DNA of 64,000 nt from Planctomycetota bacterium (GTDB lineage Bacteria; Planctomycetota; JAJSAM01; JAJVHW01), in contig CBDFJG010000003.1 of assembly GCA_965248445.1 (NCBI GenBank), forward strand, positions 416,001 to 480,000, read 5' to 3'. Position numbers and translations under genes: made by a program. The notes under the pieces were generated by a model. It ran no database searches and was not told the origin of the DNA. It was given only the letters and a program-made list of their open reading frames with translations. This document shows, one piece after another, positions 12,613 through 20,477 of the stretch (position 1 is the stretch's first letter; every line of letters starts with the position of its first letter).

Positions 12613-13525
12613 GGCGGAATCGCTCCGTCAGACCGGGGGTGAGGACGATGCGGCGGTCGCGCCGCTCCAGTTCTGCGCGCAGGTCAGCCGCCCGCTCCTG
12701 GGCGTCGCGGGCACGATCGTCACGTCCGGCTGCGACGTGCAACTCGGCCTCCTGGTCCAGCGCGGCGGGAGACGGTCCGCTTCCGGGCAGCGTAGCCGCC
12801 GGCTCATCGGACGATCGAGCGAGCCGCGCGTCGTACAGGATGAGGGGACGAACCTCGAGCCACACTGGTCGTGTCGTGATGGGGTCTTCGATCGAGCCGC
12901 CACGCGCAAGCCCCGGCCGCTGCGTCCAGTTCATCGTGATCAGTTCGCCGGCCTCCGACTCGACCCACTCGTGTTCGGCGAGCGGTTCGTCGCCCACGAC
13001 GTGCAGGTCGAACGTGTGGTCGTCTCCGGACGGACGGCCGACGTCCGCGCCCGTCCACGGTCCATAGCCGACGATGACTGTCGTCTCCGCAGTCACGGTC
13101 ACGGACACGTCGAGTTTCAGCTCGGAGGCGTACCCGGCACCCTTGACCGGCGGTGGCGTCCGGGTGAACGCCAGGAAGTCGTCCGCGTACGCCATCTCCG
13201 TGGCGGCGAACGCATCGCCCGGCAGCACGAGCAACTGCGCGTTGTCGCTCATGGCGTACCCGTCGGGCGTGTCGCGGTAACGGATCTCGAAGGTCGCGCT
13301 CCCGCCCGGCGGCGGCACCAGCCGCAGGATCCCGAAACCGAGGGTGGTCGTCCCCTGGAAGTCGATCCATGGCGCCTCGTCCGGCGAGTCGCCGGCCGAC
13401 CCCTCTTGAGGTGCCGGAGTTGCGGGAGGCGCTGCCGGCGCTGGCGGCGTGTCGGCGGAGTCGCCGCATGCCCCGGCGGTAACGCCCACGAGGGCCACGA
13501 GCACGGAAAGGGCGACAAGGCGCAT
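12590..13525 (-). CDS. Hypothetical lipoprotein
   Basis: MRLVALSVLVALVGVTAGAC lipobox-like signal followed by a Pro-rich linker. Confidence 0.6.
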   Translation of the reverse strand: MRLVALSVLVALVGVTAGACGDSADTPPAPAAPPATPAPQEGSAGDSPDEAPWIDFQGTTTLGFGILRLVPPPGGSATFEIRYRDTPDGYAMSDNAQLLVLPGDAFAATEMAYADDFLAFTRTPPPVKGAGYASELKLDVSVTVTAETTVIVGYGPWTGADVGRPSGDDHTFDLHVVGDEPLAEHEWVESEAGELITMNWTQRPGLARGGSIEDPITTRPVWLEVRPLILYDARLARSSDEPAATLPGSGPSPAALDQEAELHVAAGRDDRARDAQERAADLRAELERRDRRIVLTPGLTERFRRVPIRWR

Positions 13526-13632
13526 GCCGACGAGTTTGCGCCACCGGCAGGTGGGCGTCAACGAGGCGCGGTGCGGCACGCACAGGGACTTTTCGTGGGG
13601 TGCCCAGCCGGGCTCGGACCGAGGATCGTGGC

Positions 13633-14616
13633 ATGGCCGATCTCCGCATCCTCGAGGTCGATCTCAGCCGCTACGAGCGGGGGGGTCGGAGTTCCAGGCA
13701 GGCCGTCGTCGACGGCGTCCTGACCAGCCTCGGGACCGGCTTCGTGTACCTGCGGCACGACGTGCCAGAGGAGGTCATCGACCGCGCTTACGAACTCCTG
13801 GCGGCGTTCTTCCACCTGCCGCGTGAGGTGAAGGAGCAGTTCGTCCGGCAGGGCTCGATGGGGCAGACCGGGTTCACCGGACTGCTCGTCGAGACGGCTG
13901 CCGGAGAGGCGCTCCCGGACTGGAAGGAGATGCTGAACTGGGGCCGCGAACTCCCGGAAGGGCATCCGCTCCGCCGGAAGTACCCGCACCGATACATGGA
14001 GCGCGTGTTCCCCGAGGACGTCGTGCCGGGTATCGGCGACGCGCTCGCGATGCTGTGGGACACCTTTCAGGACGTGCAACGGCGCTTCCTTCGGGTGATC
14101 GCAACCGGGATCGGGTGTGCCGAGACGTACTTCGACGGGATGCTTGCGGACGGACCCACGCTCTGCCGCGCGATCCGCTATCCCCCGATGGACGATGCTC
14201 CCGCAGTGGGTCACGTGTGGGCCGCTGAACACGACGACATCAACCTCGTCACAGCGCTGCCGCGCGCGACCGCGCCGGGACTGCAGGTGCGGATCCAGGG
14301 CGAGTGGGTGGACGCCGTCGCGCCCGCCGGCTACGCGATCCTGAACACCGGCATGATGCTCGAGCGCGTCACGAATGGGCGGATCGCGGCGGGACCGCAC
14401 CGGGTCGTCGCGCCGCCCGGCGCGCACGGAGAGCGATTCAGCGTCGTGCAGTTCTGCCACCCGTCGCCGTGGACCGTGCTCGCGCCCGCCGCTTCGTGCA
14501 TCACGCCGGACAATCCGCAGCGGTTCTCCCCGATCGCGGCCGGCGACTGGCTCGATCAGGTGCTCTACGACATCAACCTGGTCGAGGACGCCCGGCGTGC
14601 GCCGGGTACCGGCTAG
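13633..14616 (+). CDS. Isopenicillin N synthase-like 2OG-Fe(II) oxygenase
   Basis: HxD (EHDD), distal His (PHRV), RxS (RFS), DWKE motif. Confidence 0.9.
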   Translation: MADLRILEVDLSRYERGGRSSRQAVVDGVLTSLGTGFVYLRHDVPEEVIDRAYELLAAFFHLPREVKEQFVRQGSMGQTGFTGLLVETAAGEALPDWKEMLNWGRELPEGHPLRRKYPHRYMERVFPEDVVPGIGDALAMLWDTFQDVQRRFLRVIATGIGCAETYFDGMLADGPTLCRAIRYPPMDDAPAVGHVWAAEHDDINLVTALPRATAPGLQVRIQGEWVDAVAPAGYAILNTGMMLERVTNGRIAAGPHRVVAPPGAHGERFSVVQFCHPSPWTVLAPAASCITPDNPQRFSPIAAGDWLDQVLYDINLVEDARRAPGTG

Positions 14617-16499
14617 CGTTCGAAGACCTTCTGCTTCTGCAGTTCGTCCTTTCCCTGCACGACGGTGACGAAACGGTTGGCGGGCACGTCGGTGAACCGC
14701 TGCACGGTGCCGGCCGCGTCGTTCCAGCGCACGACGAGACGGTCGATGCGCTCGCTCCGCCCCAGTCCGAAGTACGCCTCCGGCGGGTCCTGGTGGTTGG
14801 CGAGGCCCGAGCCGGCGCGGATCTCCCGCAACTGCCTGATCTTGCCCGTGACGACCTCGACGCGCGCACCGATACCGCTCCTGTTCGCTCCGCCCGCACC
14901 CTTGCCGACGAGCTTCACCGTCAGGAAGTGGTTGCCGCTGCGATTGGCGACGTCATTGCGCAGGAGGCCGACGCGGTTGATCTCGAGACCCGGCATGAAC
15001 TTCTCTCGGTGTGCCTTGTTCAGCCGCATGAACGAGCGCCCGATCAGGATGTCCACGTCGCCGTCGCGGTCGTAGTCCCCGAGCGAGAGGCTTCCGCAGC
15101 CCTCCCACGTCATGCCGAGTCTCTCCGTGACGTCCTTGAATGTGTGGTCCTTGTTCTGGAAGTAGACGCGCAGGAACTGCCCGTCCGCGTAGTCCCCCGA
15201 CGCGATCAGGAGGTCCTGCAATCCGTCGTTCTGGATGTCGGCAAGCGCTACGTGCAGGTCGCCGTTGTTCCACGAGCGCTCTTCGCGCCGTTTCCGCGGC
15301 GGAAGCAGGTCGGCGACGGTGATCCGCTTGAACCCGTTGCCCTGGTTCACCAACAGCGCGGACAGATCCGATGACTCGCCGGCCCACGCGTGCGTGATCT
15401 CTCCGATGAAGCAGTCCAGGTCGCCGTCGTTGTCGTAGTCGGCAACGGCACAGTCGAAGGTGTTTCCGTTCGCCCGGAACGGCGCCTCGTCCGAACGCTC
15501 TGCGCCGCGACGCTTGAAGAACTCCTGCGCCCACTCGGGGTACTTGCCGTGCTGGATCGCGTCACCCGCGAACATCGTCTCGCGACCGACGTCGACGAAC
15601 GTGCCGTCGCCCTCGTTGCGCCATTGACGGTTCCACTGGCGGCCGTACGAGAGGGCGAGGAGATCCTGATCGCCGTCGCCGTCCATGTCGCCGTGGGTCA
15701 CGCCGTACGTCGGACGGGAGGAGCGGTGACCAGCCGCAACGGGCAGCGTGGTCAGTCGAGAGGCGGTGGTGATGTCGGCGAAGCCACCTCGGCCGTCTCC
15801 GCGGAACAGACGGTCGATGCCGCAGTCCTCGAGCTGTCCGTAGACCTGGTACTCGCGGCCCTCGAAGACGTCCAGAAGCCCGTCCTGGTCCACGTCGCAG
15901 ACGGCCAGCGCCATCACGGGGCCGACATTCGCTGGAAGCGTGTAGTCGGACGCCGGTCCTCGCGCGAACCGGCCCCTGCCGTCGTTCAGCCAGACCGTCG
16001 AGCGAGCGCCGTGATCGGAGGCCGCAACGCTCTCGAAGCCCGCGGCCCCGAAGCGCACCCACGTCGCCTTGATGCCGGCCAGCGCGTCCTGGTCACCGTC
16101 GTTGTCGATGTCTGCGAAGTAGAGGTAGTGAGGCACCAGTTCCTTCGTGCTTGCCTTGGCTTGGTCCGGCTTGCCGTCGCGGCCGAGCGGGACCTGCTTC
16201 ACCACGGGGAACGGGATCCCGACACCCTCGACCTCCTTGAAGCGCGTGCCGCGCTTGCGCGACACGAGGAACGTCCGGCGGCTCAGCACGAGATCGAGCC
16301 AGCCGTCGCCGTCGAGATCGGTGAAGACGCAGTCTTTCGCGCGGTCGTCCGTGAGACCGACCTCTGTCGCCACGTCGACGAACCACGGCGGATCCTGGGG
16401 CGCAGGCGGTGCCGCGGGGTCCTGGGCCGTGGCGCTGGCCACGACCGTGGCGAGAAGTGCGGTCGAGAGTCCGATCAGACGTGCGTGGGGAGCTGTCAT
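14613..16499 (-). CDS. CRTAC1/FG-GAP repeat protein with a C-terminal ASPIC/UnbV domain
   Basis: Repeated DxDxDGxxD motifs; NRSGIGARV ... YFGLG; signal peptide. Confidence 0.9.
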   Translation of the reverse strand: MTAPHARLIGLSTALLATVVASATAQDPAAPPAPQDPPWFVDVATEVGLTDDRAKDCVFTDLDGDGWLDLVLSRRTFLVSRKRGTRFKEVEGVGIPFPVVKQVPLGRDGKPDQAKASTKELVPHYLYFADIDNDGDQDALAGIKATWVRFGAAGFESVAASDHGARSTVWLNDGRGRFARGPASDYTLPANVGPVMALAVCDVDQDGLLDVFEGREYQVYGQLEDCGIDRLFRGDGRGGFADITTASRLTTLPVAAGHRSSRPTYGVTHGDMDGDGDQDLLALSYGRQWNRQWRNEGDGTFVDVGRETMFAGDAIQHGKYPEWAQEFFKRRGAERSDEAPFRANGNTFDCAVADYDNDGDLDCFIGEITHAWAGESSDLSALLVNQGNGFKRITVADLLPPRKRREERSWNNGDLHVALADIQNDGLQDLLIASGDYADGQFLRVYFQNKDHTFKDVTERLGMTWEGCGSLSLGDYDRDGDVDILIGRSFMRLNKAHREKFMPGLEINRVGLLRNDVANRSGNHFLTVKLVGKGAGGANRSGIGARVEVVTGKIRQLREIRAGSGLANHQDPPEAYFGLGRSERIDRLVVRWNDAAGTVQRFTDVPANRFVTVVQGKDELQKQKVFER

Positions 16500-16533
16500 G
16501 CGGACAGGATAGGGACCGAACAGGAGGTGAGCG

Positions 16534-16941
16534 ATGGTCGAGGTCACGGGACGATACGACGGCGAGCTCTCGTGCGTGGCAGTCCACGGCCCCTCGGCCG
16601 CCGAGATGACCACGGACGCACCAGTGGACAACCAGGGCCGCGGCCGCAGCTTCTCGCCCACGGATCTCGTGGCGACGGCGCTGGGCACGTGCGTGATGAC
16701 GATCATCGGGATCTTTGCCGCGCGGAAGGGGATCGAGATCACCGGCGCGACGTTCCGTGTAACCAAGGAGATGGCCGCCGATCCTCACCGACGTATCGCG
16801 CGTCTCCCCCTCACCGTCGTGCTTCCGGAGAGCGTGCCGCCCGATGTGCGCCCGCTGCTCGAGCGCGCCGCACACGGCTGCCCCGTGCACCGCAGCCTGG
16901 ACCCCCGCGTCGAGGCGCCGATCTCCTTCGAGTACGCGTGA
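16534..16941 (+). CDS. OsmC family protein
   Basis: FSPTDLVATALGTC and the second Cys in GCPVHRSL. Confidence 0.9.
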   Translation: MVEVTGRYDGELSCVAVHGPSAAEMTTDAPVDNQGRGRSFSPTDLVATALGTCVMTIIGIFAARKGIEITGATFRVTKEMAADPHRRIARLPLTVVLPESVPPDVRPLLERAAHGCPVHRSLDPRVEAPISFEYA

Positions 16942-16954
16942 GGTCGTTCGGCCG

Positions 16955-17368
16955 CTAGGAGCCCGCGACGACCTCGACCTTCATTCGGTCCGGGTCTTCG
17001 CAGAACAGCGCGTGGACGTCCGGTCCGCCCGCGTGCGGATAACGGTCCTCGTAGAGCAACGGCACGCCGCGCTCACGGAGTTCCTCGCGCAGCGTGTCCA
17101 CCGTGCCGGCTGTCTCGACAGAGAACGCCAGGTGGTTCAGGCCTGGACCGCCGCGGTGATAGGGTCGCTCCGCATGCCGCTCCTCCGCGGCGACGAAGAC
17201 GATGTACGTCTCGGCGCTCCGGTAGCTCCGCCCGCCGGGCCAGTCCTGGAACTGCGCCCACCCGAGGCGTGGCAGGAACCAGTCCCAGAAAGCGAGCGAG
17301 GCCGCGAGGTCCCGGACGTTCACCTCGACGTGGGAGAGTCCGGCGGGGCGCGTGGGTCTCGAGGGCAT
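16955..17368 (-). CDS. VOC (glyoxalase/bleomycin resistance) family protein
   Basis: LSHVEVNV, GLNHLAF, EDPDRMKVE. Confidence 0.88.
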   Translation of the reverse strand: MPSRPTRPAGLSHVEVNVRDLAASLAFWDWFLPRLGWAQFQDWPGGRSYRSAETYIVFVAAEERHAERPYHRGGPGLNHLAFSVETAGTVDTLREELRERGVPLLYEDRYPHAGGPDVHALFCEDPDRMKVEVVAGS

Positions 17369-17505
17369 GGGAGCGCGATGGAGTGTCGCGTCGCCACGGC
17401 TGGTGCCGAGGCTCCATCGGAGCCTGTCGTGAGATGGTTCCGGGCTCTCTGGGGCGCCCGCGGCCACAATCGGAGCGGACCGATTGGGAGGAGTGAGCGC
17501 ACGCG

Positions 17506-20202
17506 GTGAAGGGTCTCGAACGCACTCTTGGGCTGCATCACGTGGTCGCGATCAGCCTGGGTGCCATGCTCGGGAGCGGGGTCTTCGTGCTCCCGGGGCT
17601 CGCCGCGGCGAAGACGGGGCCGTCCGTCTGGCTGGCCTACCTGGCCGCCGGGATCTGCGTCCTGCCGGCGGCGCTGGCCAAGGCCGAAATGGCAACGGCG
17701 ATGCCGACCTCAGGCGGCACGTACGTGTACGTCGACCGGGCGTTCGGGCCGCTCGCGGGCACTGTCAGCGGTCTGGGACTCTGGCTCTCGATGCTGCTGA
17801 AGAGCTCGTTCGCGCTGGTGGGCTTCGGCGCGTACCTCGGCGCCCTCGGGGTCGAGGACATCCTGCCGCTGCGTCCGACGGCGCTCGCGGTTCTGGCGGC
17901 GATCGTGACCCTGAATCTCGCCGGCGTCCGCAAGGTCGGGAAGGTGATGCTCTGGATCGTGACCCTCGCGGTCGGCGGGCTGGTGTTCCTGGCCGTCGGG
18001 TCGCACGTCGTCGGCGAGGCCGTCGAGCAGGGGCCGTTCCTGACCGACGGGATGGGGGGCTTCGTCGCCGCGGCCGCGTTCGTGTTCGTGTCGTACGCCG
18101 GAGTGACCAAGGTCGCCGCGATCGCAGAGGAGGTGCGCAACCCCGGCCGCAACCTGCCTGCCGGGATGATCATCTCGCTGGTGGCGGCTGGACTGCTGTA
18201 CGCCTTGGTCGGGTTCGCACTGGTGAAGTTCGTCCCGCAGAGCGCCCTCCAGTCGGACCTGCGGCCGATCCACACACTTGCCGAGACGGTGGGTGGCCGT
18301 TGGGTCGGTCTCGTGTTCGCGGGACTCGGTGTCGTCACGATGCTCTCGATGGCGAACGCCGGCGTCCTCGCGTCGTCGCGGTTTCCGTACGCGATGTCGC
18401 GCGACAGACTCCTCCCGGACGTGCTCGCACGCGTCAGCGGTCGATTCGGCACGCCCACGATCGCGATCTTCGCGACCGCGGTCCCCATGACGCTCGCCAT
18501 CCTGTTCTTGGACGTCGCCGGCATCGCGAAGCTCGCGAGTCTGTTCAAGATCCTCATCTTCGGGGTCGTGAACGTCGCGCTCATCGTGCTGCGCGAGAGT
18601 GGCTCGACGTGGTACCGGCCGACGTTCCGGATACCGCTCTATCCGGCGGTGCCGATCCTGGGCGTCATCGCCTGCGGCGTGCTTCTCAGCGTCATGGGGC
18701 TGACGGCGGTCTGGGCGACCGCCGCCATCGTTGTCCTCGGCGTGCTGCTGTACGCGGTGTTCGGCCGTCGGCGTGCCGATCGCATGGGCATTGTCGAGAA
18801 GCTGTCCGCACGGAAGGGCGTGGTCGGAGACGCGGCCGAGGAGGAACACGGGCACGATCGCGCCGCCGTCGCCGTTGCGCTGATGGGCTGGGAGCGGTCC
18901 CCGGAGGCGCTCGTCGAGGTCGGTGCCGCGCTCGCTGACGGCCGCGAAATCGAGGTCATCCGGCTGAACGAGTTGCCGGCACAGATCCCCGTGACGGGTA
19001 GCGATCGAAACGTAGCCATCGTGCGGTCGCTGCGGCGCCGCATCCAGGCCATGGCGCGCGAGCGCGATCTCGATCTGCACTTCGACTCCGTGGTCACGCA
19101 CGACCTGGTGGAGACGGCACACCAGATCACGACGCGCTTCGCTTGCGAGTGGCTCGTCATCGCGTGGCGTGGTCGGCGCGCGCGATACAGGTTCCTGTTC
19201 ACAAGCCCCCTCGGGTGGCTCGTGAACCACCTGGACAGCAACCTGGCGCTGTTCCGAGATCGCGGGGTCCGCTACATCCGCAAGGTCCTCGTGTCCGCGG
19301 AGCCGGGTCCGGACGATGCGCTTGTCGTCCGCACCGCAGACCACTTGGTGGCGCTCCATGGTGCGACGCTCACGTTCCTGCGGTTCCAGCGTCCGAACGC
19401 AACCGAGGAGCAGGAGCGGAGCCGCAGCGCATACATCGAAGAGCTCGGCGGCATGTGCAAGTCTCCGTTCGAGGTTCTCACCGTCCGCGGAGCCGACCGG
19501 ATACGCAGTCTGGTCGAGACGACGGCGTCCTTCGATTTGCTGGTCACGGGCGCGCCCGCCTGGAAGTCGTTCTTCGGACAGTTCCGGGGCACCGACAAGG
19601 AGCGCATCATCGAGGGCGCCGCGTGCTCGGTGCTGATGCTCAAGACCCCGCCTGGGCGGACGCACGAAGTGCACGTCGAGGCGCCGGCAACCGCGACAGG
19701 CGAGTCGAAGGAGTTCGACCTGCTGCCTTTGTTGGTCGGCCGGTGCGTCGGCGCCCGCGTCCGCGTGCGGGACAAATCGGTGCTGTTCCGGCTGCTCGCA
19801 AAGCGATTTGCGCAAGCCACGGCGAGCCAGGACCCGCGGGTCATTCACGATGCCCTGTTGAAGCGCGAACGAACGCAGCACACGGGAATCGGACAGGGCC
19901 TGGCGTTCCCGCACTGCACGATCCCGGACCTCGATCGCACGTACGTGGGTGTGTTCGCGCTCGCGTCACCGATCGACTATGGACGTCCGGACGGCGAGAC
20001 CGTTGACGTCGTGTTCGCGTCGATCGGTCCACCGCACGATCGTCAAACGCACTTGCAGATCCTCGCCGAGTTCTCGGCGCTCGTTCTGCGCACGTCGATC
20101 GTCGAGCAACTCCGTGCGGCGCGCAACCGCGCGGCAATCCTGGATGCGCTCGCGGCCGGCCTCGCGGAGTTGCACCGCGCATCCGGCCTGCACACCGCGT
20201 GA
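17506..20202 (+). CDS. APC amino-acid permease fused to USP-like domains and a PTS EIIA (Ntr/Fru-type) domain
   Basis: GAMLGSG, SYAG..AEEVRNP and ~12 TM segments; USP-like tail (ERIIEGAACSVL); RERTQHTGIGQGLAFPH EIIA motif. Confidence 0.85.
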   Translation: MKGLERTLGLHHVVAISLGAMLGSGVFVLPGLAAAKTGPSVWLAYLAAGICVLPAALAKAEMATAMPTSGGTYVYVDRAFGPLAGTVSGLGLWLSMLLKSSFALVGFGAYLGALGVEDILPLRPTALAVLAAIVTLNLAGVRKVGKVMLWIVTLAVGGLVFLAVGSHVVGEAVEQGPFLTDGMGGFVAAAAFVFVSYAGVTKVAAIAEEVRNPGRNLPAGMIISLVAAGLLYALVGFALVKFVPQSALQSDLRPIHTLAETVGGRWVGLVFAGLGVVTMLSMANAGVLASSRFPYAMSRDRLLPDVLARVSGRFGTPTIAIFATAVPMTLAILFLDVAGIAKLASLFKILIFGVVNVALIVLRESGSTWYRPTFRIPLYPAVPILGVIACGVLLSVMGLTAVWATAAIVVLGVLLYAVFGRRRADRMGIVEKLSARKGVVGDAAEEEHGHDRAAVAVALMGWERSPEALVEVGAALADGREIEVIRLNELPAQIPVTGSDRNVAIVRSLRRRIQAMARERDLDLHFDSVVTHDLVETAHQITTRFACEWLVIAWRGRRARYRFLFTSPLGWLVNHLDSNLALFRDRGVRYIRKVLVSAEPGPDDALVVRTADHLVALHGATLTFLRFQRPNATEEQERSRSAYIEELGGMCKSPFEVLTVRGADRIRSLVETTASFDLLVTGAPAWKSFFGQFRGTDKERIIEGAACSVLMLKTPPGRTHEVHVEAPATATGESKEFDLLPLLVGRCVGARVRVRDKSVLFRLLAKRFAQATASQDPRVIHDALLKRERTQHTGIGQGLAFPHCTIPDLDRTYVGVFALASPIDYGRPDGETVDVVFASIGPPHDRQTHLQILAEFSALVLRTSIVEQLRAARNRAAILDALAAGLAELHRASGLHTA

Positions 20203-20226
20203 CCGCGTCTCGCGTCCACATGCGTT

Positions 20227-20302
20227 GTGGCGTTGGCTCCGCAGAGCCAACCCTCTTACGAACAACTCGCAGATTCGGCCAGGCTCAACCGTGTTCGTCG
20301 GG
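20227..20302 (+). repeat. Repeat A copy 1 (right part only)
   Basis: GTGGCGTTGGCTCC.CAGAGCCAACCCTCTT..GAAC.ACTCGCAGA.TCGG..AGGCTCAA matches 23321-23397. Confidence 0.85.
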
Positions 20303-20410
20303 AGTCGCCTGTCTTCAAGGAACTGCGCCCCAAGGGCGGCGGGATGCCCGGCGTCGTCCATGTCGAGAATGCAGCCAATTGCCATCCCGACTTCCGCGGG
20401 TGGTTCGTGG

Positions 20411-20453
20411 GTACCCGTTTTCAGCCCTTGTGACTGGGGCTGGATCCAGATCG
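20411..20453 (+). mobile_element. Orphan IS66 (ISBst12-like) left-end remnant
   Basis: GTACCCGTTTTCAGCCCTTG...GGATCCAGATCG resembles the left ends at 41729 and 52286. Confidence 0.7.
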
Positions 20454-20477
20454 CCGCGCGACCCGTAGTGGAACCCG

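Noticed and set aside
12590..17368. Peroxidase, 2OG oxygenase, CRTAC1, OsmC and VOC genes as a biosynthetic cluster
   Set aside because: Orientations alternate, and there is no precursor peptide or scaffold synthase.
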